This document shows positions 8,247 through 16,659 of a DNA stretch of 64,000 nucleotides, piece by piece. The DNA comes from Candidatus Limiplasma pullicola. GTDB taxonomy: Bacteria; Bacillota; Clostridia; Christensenellales; Aristaeellaceae. The stretch covers positions 1,210 to 65,209 of the forward strand of contig DVIV01000005.1 in NCBI GenBank assembly GCA_018710985.1, in the 5' to 3' direction. The notes under the pieces were generated by a model that saw nothing but the letters and a program-made list of their open reading frames with translations, was not told the DNA's origin and did not search any database. The position numbers and the translations under genes are program-made. Numbering within the stretch: position 1 is the first letter of the stretch; every line of letters begins with the position of its first letter.

Positions 8247-10283
8247 TCACATTTGCTTTTGAACCAGTATGACTGCGAAGGTACCGTCATACGCTTCCTC
8301 CGACCGGTCCAAACCGCTGCCGTCGGAGATGGGGAAGCGGATCTCGTAGATCTGGTCCTGCATAAGGGACGCGCCCGCCTCCAGGGATTCGCCGCCCTGA
8401 CGGCACAGCGTCCATGACCCGGTCATCTCCTGCAGTTTGCCCTCCGCGTCCAGGTAGAACAGGGCGTAGTCCTCCAGCGCGCCTGTCAGGCCGTTGAGCC
8501 GCAGGGCCAGCGTCTGCTCTTCCCGCAGGTTGTTCACCCTCACGGTCATCAGGTATCCGGCGGCCCGGAAGCCGTCGGGCAGGGCGTTGTCTGGCAGGCG
8601 GAGGCGCCCCGTGTCCTCCGGCGGAATCTCCCTGGCGGGGCTGTCCGGCAGGTAAGCGAACACGTCCCGCCAGCACACCATTTCCATGATGCCCGTGGGG
8701 GAGTAGAGGCCGTTGCCGTCGGGATCGGCGATAAGGCCCACGGCCAGGTTGTTGTAGCCGGCAACGGTGGACACATCCTGCCTCAGCACGGTTTCGCCGG
8801 TCGCGAAGTCCAGCACCTCGTAGTGCCACATGCCGCTGTCCAGATCCTGCCAGTAGCCGTAGAGGTAACCGGTGGCGGTGCTGAGCTTGATCATGGCGGT
8901 TTCGTGGATGTCCGGCCGGGACCAGATTTTTTCCGCCGTATAGCCGCTGTCCGTCTTCACAACGTCCACCCGCTCCACGCCGGGAGCGATGTAGGCATTG
9001 CCCTGCGCCATCCAGTTCGCGTCGTAGATGTTGTCGTAGGACTGAATGGAAGAGTTGGAGTCGAGCGCGGCCAGGCCGGCGTTGCCCGCGCCGAACCAGT
9101 TGGCCACCACCACCGCGACGGTTCCGTTCCCGCCGTCATAGACCAGGATGGAGTTTTCCACCGATACGGGGATGTCCTCCTCCAGCTCATCCAGCACGGG
9201 AATCCGGGCCACCACCTCTCCGCTCTCGGAGGAGAGCGCCAGCAGGCTGATGGGGTCCAGATTATCGGTGAAGAGAACCAGATCCTCCGTCAGGGTCGGG
9301 CTGGTGCCGCTGCCCCACGAAAGGCCCCCGCCCGTGTAGTGCGCATCTTCGCCGGCGTCGTTGGCGCCGTTGCTGTCATAGGGGGTGCGCCACGCGACCC
9401 GGACCCCCTCGTCCGCCGTCAGCATGTAGCACGCCAGGTTGGTCAGGATCACGGCCCCGTCCTGATTGGCGGCAATGCCGTTTTCCGCGCCCTCTCCCCC
9501 GGCCAGGGGATAGAAGAAGATGTTGCCCTCCAGAGGCACTTTCTCTCCGGTATCCAGCTGCTGCATATAGTCCTGGGAAATGTACCCCAGAAATCCGGCG
9601 GGATCACGGTCCGGGACGATGCGAAAGCCCCCGGTGGTAAACCAGAGATTGCCCTCATAGTCGTAGACGACGCTGAGCAGGCGCTGGTCGATATCCTCGC
9701 CCAGGGCCGCGACGGCCTCAGCCACGATGTCCACATCCATGGCCTTCTCAAACACGGGCAGGACCTGCCCCTGCGCGTCCATCGTCCTGAGCACCAGCAG
9801 ATGCCCGTGAGAGGTGGGCGCCACCACGCGGTCCGCCCAGTCGACGAAGGAGTAGGAGATCTGGAGCGAATACCCACCCCCGTCGTCGCGTGTGGGCACG
9901 AACGAACCGGCGCGGGTGATGGTTTCCGCGTCCAGATCCGTCACGGCGATGCCCCCCAGAAAGGGGGTGATGGCATGACCCCGGCTGTCGTAAAAGGCGG
10001 CTGAGGGCGCATGGATGTTCTGGGTTTCCACGGCAACGGACACCGTGGAACAGATGCCAAGCGGCGCCACCGCATCGGTGACGTCGGTGGCGTAGACGTC
10101 GTTGTGAATGGAATTGTCGCTGTCTGCCATATAGGGGTTGACCGCCACGTCCTTCACCGGCAAGGGGCGGGGGACCAAAGCGCCCGCCGTCTCCTCCTGG
10201 GCATACGCCCATTGCACGGAAGCGCCGGCCAGCAGCATGAGGGTCAGCGCCAGTGCGCATCCCCGAAAGAAAATCTGTTTCAT
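8247..10283 (-). CDS. Secreted protein of unknown function (possibly beta-propeller-like)
   Basis: Signal peptide MKQIFFRGCALALTLMLLAGASVQWAYA. GGGAGGG RBS. Same strand as the alkylsulfatase gene and 28 nt upstream of it. No motif recognised. Confidence 0.7.
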   Translation of the reverse strand: MKQIFFRGCALALTLMLLAGASVQWAYAQEETAGALVPRPLPVKDVAVNPYMADSDNSIHNDVYATDVTDAVAPLGICSTVSVAVETQNIHAPSAAFYDSRGHAITPFLGGIAVTDLDAETITRAGSFVPTRDDGGGYSLQISYSFVDWADRVVAPTSHGHLLVLRTMDAQGQVLPVFEKAMDVDIVAEAVAALGEDIDQRLLSVVYDYEGNLWFTTGGFRIVPDRDPAGFLGYISQDYMQQLDTGEKVPLEGNIFFYPLAGGEGAENGIAANQDGAVILTNLACYMLTADEGVRVAWRTPYDSNGANDAGEDAHYTGGGLSWGSGTSPTLTEDLVLFTDNLDPISLLALSSESGEVVARIPVLDELEEDIPVSVENSILVYDGGNGTVAVVVANWFGAGNAGLAALDSNSSIQSYDNIYDANWMAQGNAYIAPGVERVDVVKTDSGYTAEKIWSRPDIHETAMIKLSTATGYLYGYWQDLDSGMWHYEVLDFATGETVLRQDVSTVAGYNNLAVGLIADPDGNGLYSPTGIMEMVCWRDVFAYLPDSPAREIPPEDTGRLRLPDNALPDGFRAAGYLMTVRVNNLREEQTLALRLNGLTGALEDYALFYLDAEGKLQEMTGSWTLCRQGGESLEAGASLMQDQIYEIRFPISDGSGLDRSEEAYDGTFAVILVQKQM

Positions 10284-10315
10284 GATATCCCTCCCGCATA
10301 GCGTAAACCGGTACT

Positions 10316-10386
10316 ATTGTAAGGAAAGCATGCGGAGGGTTCCAGTACGAAAAATGCCGGGCTGCTCATCAAAATTCGTACTTGAC
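10316..10386 (-). promoter_or_regulatory. Copy B of the 45-bp motif (10386..10342) plus TACAAT -10 (10321..10316)
   Basis: Minus strand reads GTCAAGTACGAATTTTGATGAGCAGCCCGGCATTTTTCGTACTGG, then 20 nt, then TACAAT. 36/45 identical to 12491..12535. Confidence 0.55.
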
Positions 10387-10401
10387 AGCGGGACTGCCTG
10401 T

Positions 10402-11703
10402 TTATATCTGGAGGTAAACGGAGGAGCGGAACACCGTCCCGTCCGGCTCAAAGCGCGCGTTGCCCCGGTGCTTCTGGGCCACGGCCTGAATGGAGGCAAG
10501 CCCCACCCCCAGTTCGCTGCGCTTGCTGGAGCGGTAGGCGCCGTTTTCCCGGGTGACCCGGCCGTCGAAGCTGTTGTCCATGGTGACGGTGAGCACGCCG
10601 CTTCGCACCGAGCCGTCCAGATGGACGAACTTTGGGCCCCGGGCCATCCGGCTGCAGGCTTCCATGGCATTTTCCAGCAGATTGCCAAAGATGATGCACA
10701 GCTCTCCGTCGGGTATCCCCTCCAGCCGCTGCGGAAGGTCCAGACGGACCCGGGTGTCCACGCTCTCATTTTCAAGCCTGGAAATATAATAGGAAACAAT
10801 CGCGTGAACCGCCGGATTTTTGCAGTACGTTCTGGGGGCGACGGGAATGGCCTCCAGCAAAGAAGCGACATACTCCTTCAGCCGGGCCGGGTCGGTGTCC
10901 GCCAGCTGACGGATCACCGCAAGCTGATGGCGCAGGTCGTGACGCTGCCGGCGCAGCTGCTCCTCATGCTCCATCATCAGCCGGTTGTGCTTTTGCTGTT
11001 CGTCCATTTGCAACTCCATCAGGTGCGTTTCGAAATTCAGCTGCTCCTGAAGGATGGTCTGCTTGCGGATCTCCTCCAGCGAGTTCACCAGCACCCAGTA
11101 AACCAGCACCACGCAGAAAAGCAGCGCAATCCGGGCAAACAGGAACTGCCAGCTTTGCACCATCTGATCCTGCAGCCCGCCGCTGAGCACGCTGACCATC
11201 CCGGCCATCACGGCGGGCAGCAGCCAGATGACCCGCCACAGCCGGGGCGCGTCCATGCGGTAGACCTGCCCGGCGGCATAGCGGAACAGGCGGTACATGG
11301 GCTTCCAGGCCAGGATGAACAAAAGCAGGCAGATCAGGCCGCACTCCCAGCTTCGGGCGGAGACGTGCATCAGCCGGGCCGCCAGAAAGGCGGCGACGCC
11401 CGTGGCGATGATCTGGTAATTGACCAGCAGCATATAGGTGAACAGCAGCTTGCCGGGAGACAGCCTGATATTGAGAAAATAGAGGGCCAGCGAGAGGGGA
11501 ATGACCGCGAGGCCCACCAGCAGCACCAGATCCGGCCTGCCCAGGGCGACCATCCAGGCCACCCCCAGCAGATGGACCGCCAGGTTGAACGCCACGGTAA
11601 GCGCCATCCACAGCTTTCCAAAGCGCAGAATATCCAGAAAAGGAAGATAGGCCAGCAGGTGGATGGGCAGATAAGCGCAAAAGGTGTAAAAAACCGTCTC
11701 CAT
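10402..11703 (-). CDS. Membrane sensor histidine kinase, AgrC/LytS-like (GHKL, HATPase_c_5 type)
   Basis: Multi-TM N-terminal half. H-box RHDLRHQLAVIRQL. C-terminal GHKL (NLLENAMEA.., GVGLASI). Start overlaps the regulator stop (ATGA). Confidence 0.8.
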   Translation of the reverse strand: METVFYTFCAYLPIHLLAYLPFLDILRFGKLWMALTVAFNLAVHLLGVAWMVALGRPDLVLLVGLAVIPLSLALYFLNIRLSPGKLLFTYMLLVNYQIIATGVAAFLAARLMHVSARSWECGLICLLLFILAWKPMYRLFRYAAGQVYRMDAPRLWRVIWLLPAVMAGMVSVLSGGLQDQMVQSWQFLFARIALLFCVVLVYWVLVNSLEEIRKQTILQEQLNFETHLMELQMDEQQKHNRLMMEHEEQLRRQRHDLRHQLAVIRQLADTDPARLKEYVASLLEAIPVAPRTYCKNPAVHAIVSYYISRLENESVDTRVRLDLPQRLEGIPDGELCIIFGNLLENAMEACSRMARGPKFVHLDGSVRSGVLTVTMDNSFDGRVTRENGAYRSSKRSELGVGLASIQAVAQKHRGNARFEPDGTVFRSSVYLQI

Positions 11704-12425
11704 CAGTCGCCCCTCCTGTTGCGGGCAAACAGACCGTCCTCCCAGGCGCGTCTGGCCTTGCCCATCAGTTCACGGCGTATGGGAATGTTTTTGCCGTTGG
11801 TCATCACAAAGCATCTCAGGTCCGTGTTCACGCGCGCCACAAAGGCCAGATGCACCAGATAACTCTTGTGGGGCTGAAAAAAAGGCTGATCCGCAAGCCG
11901 GGCCGCCATGGTGGCGATTTTCTCATAGGTGGTGATGACCGTTTCATCCTTCAGGTGAATGTTGACGACATGGCCCTGCTGCTCCAGATAACAGATGTCG
12001 GCGACGGGGATGTTTTCCTGCCTGCCGTTGCGATGGATGGCAAGAGAGGGCGCATCCTGCTTATTGAGGCGCGCCAGCGTCACAATGTCCGTCACATCCT
12101 TGAGCCGGACCGGTTTTTCGATGTATTTGAGGGCCGAGAGGCGGTAGCTGTCCAACGCATGGTCCGTGCTGCTGGTGATAAAGGCGACCGGCAGCTCCTC
12201 TCCCTGCTCCCGGAGCCGCTTTACCGCTTCCAGCCCGGTTATGCCGTCCATATAGATATCCATCAGCAGCAGATCGAATTCGTGTGGCCGCCACGCCTCC
12301 AGCAGCGCCTCACCGCTGGAAAACACCGTGCAGACGCAGGGAACGCCGCTCTGCGCCAGCAGCGCCAGCAGCGCCTCCTTCTCCTCCGCCTGATCCTCGC
12401 AGATAGCGATATGCAGTGGTTCCAT
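11703..12425 (-). CDS. LytTR-family response regulator
   Basis: Receiver domain (IAICEDQ.., DLLLMDIYMDG) plus C-terminal LytTR-like domain (..YLEQQGHVVNIHL..SYLVHLAFV). Start moved to ATG 12425 behind AGGTGGA. Confidence 0.8.
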   Translation of the reverse strand: MEPLHIAICEDQAEEKEALLALLAQSGVPCVCTVFSSGEALLEAWRPHEFDLLLMDIYMDGITGLEAVKRLREQGEELPVAFITSSTDHALDSYRLSALKYIEKPVRLKDVTDIVTLARLNKQDAPSLAIHRNGRQENIPVADICYLEQQGHVVNIHLKDETVITTYEKIATMAARLADQPFFQPHKSYLVHLAFVARVNTDLRCFVMTNGKNIPIRRELMGKARRAWEDGLFARNRRGD

Positions 12426-12458
12426 ACATTTCCACCTATACATATTCATCCTTCCGGC

Positions 12459-12487
12459 ATTATAGCATCAATGCGCAAAACCGTCAA
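12459..12487 (-). promoter_or_regulatory. Sigma-A-type promoter of the two-component operon
   Basis: Minus strand: TTGACG (12487..12482), 17 nt, TATAAT (12464..12459). Confidence 0.6.
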
Positions 12488-12490
12488 TTT

Positions 12491-12561
12491 GTCAAGTACG
12501 AGTTTTGCAAAGCTCCTCGACATTTTTGGTACTGGTATCGGAGAAAAAACCTTTTTACAAT
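12491..12561 (+). promoter_or_regulatory. Copy A of the 45-bp motif (12491..12535) plus TACAAT -10 (12556..12561)
   Basis: GTCAAGTACGAGTTTTGCAAAGCTCCTCGACATTTTTGGTACTGG, then 20 nt, then TACAAT. Points into the 12650.. operon. Confidence 0.55.
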
Positions 12562-12649
12562 ACTTTCTGCCAGAACGCTCCGTGCATTCCGAAAGCAGGT
12601 TTGCGGACAAACGCTGTATCCCCGCTGTGGGACGGCAGGAGGGAATGGA

Positions 12650-12916
12650 ATGATCAAGGATGACTTTGCACGCTGTGAGGCCCTGTTTCCGGAGCAGCGG
12701 ACACAGCTGCGGCAGATAGCCCTGGCCCTGCGCCGGGAACAGGTCAACACCATGGAGCAGCTGTGCTGGCTGTTCCAGAACAGCCCTGAATCGCTGGCCG
12801 GCATGCGCTCCATCGGCGAGAAACGCATGAAGGTGATCGAACAGGTTTACAGAGCCTATCAGGCCGAAGGCTGCCTGGCGGCAGCCCAGAGAGAAAGACG
12901 GGAGGGAATCCTTTGA
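12650..12916 (+). CDS. Small helix-hairpin-helix-like protein, unknown function
   Basis: ATG 12650 behind GGAGGGAATGGA. Contains LAGMRSIGEKRMKVIEQ (HhH-like). Its stop overlaps the next start (TGATG). Confidence 0.5.
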   Translation: MIKDDFARCEALFPEQRTQLRQIALALRREQVNTMEQLCWLFQNSPESLAGMRSIGEKRMKVIEQVYRAYQAEGCLAAAQRERREGIL

Positions 12917-14409
12917 TGTGGAATACGGACATTCCTCAGGAGGAAACGGAGCGCTGCCTGCTGTGCCCCGAGGCGCCGTGCACGAAGGCGTGCCCGCATG
13001 GGCTGGACCCCGCCGCGTTGCTGCGCAGCGTGCGTTTCCAGAACATCGCGGGAGCGGCGGACCGCCTGCCGGAGCGGGCGGCGTGCATTGACTGCCCCGC
13101 GCCCTGCGAGGACGCTTGCCTGCGCCCGGGCGGCCCCATCCGGATTCGCCGGCTGACCACCAGCCTGAAAAAGGAGCTCGTGGAAGACTTCCGCAACTTT
13201 CCGGTGGACCTGTCCAGCACGTTTTGCGGCGTCAGGCTGGAAAATCCCTTCCTGCTGTCCTCCTCGGTGGTGGCCAGCAGCTACGAAAAAATGGCCCGCG
13301 CTTTCGAAATGGGCTGGGCGGGCGCCTGCTTCAAGACGATCTGCGACTTTATCCCCCGCGAGGCGTCTCCCCGCTATTCCGCCCTTTCCGGAGAGGGCTG
13401 CTTCTACGGCTTCAAAAACATCGAACAGCTCTCCTGCAATTCCCTGGAGGAGGATCTGGACATCATACGCCGCCTGAAGCGGGACTATCCCGCCAAGGTC
13501 GTCATCGCCTCCATCATGGGCCGCAACGAGGAGGAATGGACCCGGCTGGCCGGGCTGGTGCAGGAAGCCGGGGCCGACATGGTGGAGTGCAATTTCTCCT
13601 GCCCCAACATGGAGCAGGAGGGGCTGGGGGTAGACGTGGGCCAAAGCCCGGAGACGGTGGAACGCTATACGGCCGCCGCCCGTCGGGAATGCAGCATTCC
13701 CCTGCTGGCCAAGCTCACCCCCAACGTGGGGGACATGCGGCCCATGGCCCGGGCTGCCCGCCGGGGCGGCGCCGACGGCCTGGCCGCGATCAATACGGTC
13801 AAGAGCATCATGGGCATGAATCTGGACACCTATGCCACCAGTCCGTCGGTGCGGGGCCTGTCCGGCGTGGGAGGCTATTCCGGCAAGGCGGTAAAGCCCA
13901 TTGCCCTGCGGTTTATCTGGGAGCTGGCCTCCGACCCGGAGTGGCCCAATCCGCCCATCAGCGGCATGGGAGGCATCGAAACCTGGCAGGATGCGGTGGA
14001 ATTCCTGCTGCTGGGGGCCGACCATGTGCAGATCACGACCGCCGTCATGCAGTACGGCCTGCGCATCATCAACGATCTGATCGAGGGGCTTGCCTTCTAC
14101 CTGCGCGAAAAGGCGCTGCCCCATGTAACCGCCCTGAAGGGGCTGGGGGTTGAAAATGTGGCCGGCCTGGAAGCGCTGGAGCGGGAGAGCATTCTGCTGC
14201 CCCGGTTCGACCGGCAACGCTGCCTGGGGTGCGGCCGGTGCGCGCTTTCCTGCCGGGATGGGGGACATGAGGCCATCGCCATGCGGGAGGGCAGGCCGGT
14301 CATGAATCCCTCCGCCTGCGTGGGCTGCCACCTGTGCGTGCTGGTCTGCCCCGTCCGGGCCATCAGCGGCTTTGGCCGCCGGGTGAAGTCCCGCACGCAA
14401 TCACCCTGA
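12916..14409 (+). CDS. Dihydropyrimidine/dihydroorotate dehydrogenase-family flavoprotein with Fe-S domains (PreA-like)
   Basis: N-terminal Cys-rich segment. TIM-barrel motifs (ECNFSCPN, GGYSGKAVKPIAL, GMGGIETWQDA). C-terminal 2x[4Fe-4S] (CLGCGRCALSC, CVGCHLCVLVCP). Confidence 0.75.
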   Translation: MWNTDIPQEETERCLLCPEAPCTKACPHGLDPAALLRSVRFQNIAGAADRLPERAACIDCPAPCEDACLRPGGPIRIRRLTTSLKKELVEDFRNFPVDLSSTFCGVRLENPFLLSSSVVASSYEKMARAFEMGWAGACFKTICDFIPREASPRYSALSGEGCFYGFKNIEQLSCNSLEEDLDIIRRLKRDYPAKVVIASIMGRNEEEWTRLAGLVQEAGADMVECNFSCPNMEQEGLGVDVGQSPETVERYTAAARRECSIPLLAKLTPNVGDMRPMARAARRGGADGLAAINTVKSIMGMNLDTYATSPSVRGLSGVGGYSGKAVKPIALRFIWELASDPEWPNPPISGMGGIETWQDAVEFLLLGADHVQITTAVMQYGLRIINDLIEGLAFYLREKALPHVTALKGLGVENVAGLEALERESILLPRFDRQRCLGCGRCALSCRDGGHEAIAMREGRPVMNPSACVGCHLCVLVCPVRAISGFGRRVKSRTQSP

Positions 14410-14418
14410 AGGGAGAGT

Positions 14419-14847
14419 TTGACTTTGAAAGAACTGTCCATCGACGCGACGGTCGAAAACATAGCGCCCGTCACCGACTTTGTCAACCGCGAGCTGGAGG
14501 GCCACAACTGCCCGCAGCGGATTCTGCGGCAAATCGACGTAGCCATCGACGAGCTTTTCAGCAACATCGCCCATTACGCCTACAACCCCGATGTGGGGCC
14601 TGCCACCGTGCGGGTCGAGGTCACGCAGGAGCCTCTGGCGGTGGTCATCACCTTTATTGACCACGGCATGCCCTATGATCCCCTTTCCCGGGGAACCCCC
14701 GATGTGCATGCCCCGCTGGAGGAGCGGCAGGCGGGCGGTCTGGGCATTTTTCTGGTCAGGCAGACCATGGACGACGTGACCTATCAATACCACAATGGCC
14801 AGAACATCCTGAAAATCAAAAAACGGCTGGCAGGAGGGGACAGATAG
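14419..14847 (+). CDS. RsbW/SpoIIAB-type anti-sigma-factor-like Ser kinase (GHKL)
   Basis: N-box DELFSNI, G1 IDHGMPYDP, G2 GGLGIFLV. About 140 aa. TTG start behind GGGAGAG. Confidence 0.8.
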   Translation: MTLKELSIDATVENIAPVTDFVNRELEGHNCPQRILRQIDVAIDELFSNIAHYAYNPDVGPATVRVEVTQEPLAVVITFIDHGMPYDPLSRGTPDVHAPLEERQAGGLGIFLVRQTMDDVTYQYHNGQNILKIKKRLAGGDR

Positions 14848-14848
14848 C

Positions 14849-15454
14849 GTGGGACTTCTCACAGACGCCATGAATTTTGCCATCGCTGCTCACGGCGATA
14901 CGCTGCGCAAGGGGGACGGCCTTCCGGCGATCCTCCACGCCATGGAAGCGGCCGTTGTGGCCGCCTCCGTAACCGGGGAGGAGGAAGTGCTGGCCGCCGC
15001 CGTGCTGCATGACACGGTGGAGGATGCGGGCGTGACCCCCGAGGAGATCCGCGCACGGTTTGGAGAGCGGGTGGCCGCGCTGGTGAGGGCGGAAACCGAG
15101 GACAAGATGCGCCACCTGCCCCCCGAGCACAGCTGGCACGCCCGCAAGGAGGCGGCGATTGCGCAGCTGGCGGCGGCGGAAGATCCGGGCGTATGCATCG
15201 TGGCCCTGGGCGACAAGCTGTCCAACCTGCGCTCCTTCTACCGCAGCAAGGAACGCCGGGGCGAAGCCATGTGGGAGGCTTTCCACCAGAAAGACCCCAG
15301 CCAGCACCACTGGTACTATCGAACCATCGCAAACGTCCTGATGCCACTTTCCCACACGGCGGCCTGGCAGGAATACGATTGGCTGATCCGCCAGGTTTTC
15401 GGGGAAGGCGACAGCCCATCGCGCGCATTTTCCGGCGCGAAAGCAGATGAGTGA
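14849..15454 (+). CDS. HD-domain protein of the RelA/SpoT hydrolase type (small alarmone hydrolase-like)
   Basis: AIAAHGDTLRKGDGLPAILHAMEAA...AAVLHDTVEDAGVTPEEIRARFGERVAALV. GTG start 1 nt after the preceding stop. Confidence 0.7.
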   Translation: MGLLTDAMNFAIAAHGDTLRKGDGLPAILHAMEAAVVAASVTGEEEVLAAAVLHDTVEDAGVTPEEIRARFGERVAALVRAETEDKMRHLPPEHSWHARKEAAIAQLAAAEDPGVCIVALGDKLSNLRSFYRSKERRGEAMWEAFHQKDPSQHHWYYRTIANVLMPLSHTAAWQEYDWLIRQVFGEGDSPSRAFSGAKADE

Positions 15455-15467
15455 GGAGGCATACGAA

Positions 15468-16640
15468 ATGAACTGGACTGTGGAAAAAGAAACCCTGACA
15501 ATCGCCCTCAGCGGGCATATCGACTCCGGCAACGCGCCGGCCGTTGAGGCCGAGATCATGGACATCCGGGGCAATCAGCCCCACAGCGCGCTGGTTCTGG
15601 ATTTGAAGGACCTGGTGTACATCTCCAGCGCGGGGCTGCGGGTGGTGCTGCGGCTGAGAAAGCTTGAGGAGGACTTCAAACTGGTCAATGCCTCCGCCGA
15701 GGTCTACGAGATCCTGGACATGACCGGATTTACCGAGATGATGACGGTGGAAAAGGCCCGCCGGAGCCTGTCCGTCGAGGGCTGCGAGGCCATCGGCCGG
15801 GGAGCCAACGGCATCGTCTACCGCATCGACAAGGACACCGTGGTCAAGGTGTACCAGAACCCCGACTGCCTGGCCGACGTGCAGCGCGAGCGGGAGCTGG
15901 CCCGCAAGGCGTTTGTTCTGGGCATTCCCACCGCGATTCCCTACGATGTGGTGCGGGTGGGAGAGAGCTATGGCTCGGTGTTTGAGCTGCTCAACTCGCG
16001 CTCCTTCTCCAAGCTCATCGCGGCCGACCCCGCGTCCATGGACACCTATGTGGACCTGTACGTGGACCTGCTGAAAAAGATGCACAGCACGCATGTCAAG
16101 CCCGGAGAGATGCCGGACATGAAGGCGGTGGTCCTGGACTGGGTGGCGTTCCTTCGGGACTACCTGCCCGCCGACCAAGCGGATAAGCTGGTGGCTCTGG
16201 TGGAGGCGGTCCCGCAGCGGGATACCATGCTGCACGGGGACTATCACACCAACAACATCGTCATGCAGAACAACGAAGTGCTCATCATCGACATGGATAC
16301 GCTGTGCGTGGGACATCCCGTCTTTGAGCTGGCCTCCATGTATCTGGCCTTTGTGGCTTTCGGCGAGCTGGACCACAGCGTGACGTCCAATTTCCTAAAA
16401 CTGCCCTATGAGACCGCCGGACTTTTCTGGAAGAAGGCCCTGGCCAGGTATCTGGACACCCAGGACGCGCAGCGGGTGCGCGAGGTGGAGGAAAAGGCCA
16501 TGGTGATCGGCTATGCCCGGCTCATGCGCCGCACGATTCGCCGCAACGGCTTTGACACGGAGGAGGGCAGGGCCAATATCGAGCTGTGCAAGGCTCACCT
16601 GTCGGAACTGCTGAACCGGGTGAATACGCTGACCTTTTAA
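15468..16640 (+). CDS. STAS domain fused to an APH/choline-kinase-like (protein-kinase-fold) domain
   Basis: STAS: ..LDLKDLVYISSAGLRVVLRL... Kinase fold: GRGANGIVYRIDKDTVVKVY, HGDYHTNNIVM, LIIDMD. ATG 15468 behind GAGGAGG. Confidence 0.75.
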   Translation: MNWTVEKETLTIALSGHIDSGNAPAVEAEIMDIRGNQPHSALVLDLKDLVYISSAGLRVVLRLRKLEEDFKLVNASAEVYEILDMTGFTEMMTVEKARRSLSVEGCEAIGRGANGIVYRIDKDTVVKVYQNPDCLADVQRERELARKAFVLGIPTAIPYDVVRVGESYGSVFELLNSRSFSKLIAADPASMDTYVDLYVDLLKKMHSTHVKPGEMPDMKAVVLDWVAFLRDYLPADQADKLVALVEAVPQRDTMLHGDYHTNNIVMQNNEVLIIDMDTLCVGHPVFELASMYLAFVAFGELDHSVTSNFLKLPYETAGLFWKKALARYLDTQDAQRVREVEEKAMVIGYARLMRRTIRRNGFDTEEGRANIELCKAHLSELLNRVNTLTF

Positions 16641-16659
16641 GCGAGAGGAGAAATGCATC

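Noticed and set aside
8247-10283. Idea that the 678-aa secreted protein is an arylsulfate sulfotransferase (ASST beta-propeller), given its sulfatase neighbours
   Set aside because: I could not find the His-rich active-site patterns I associate with ASST enzymes. Size, secretion and context alone are insufficient, so it is left as unknown.
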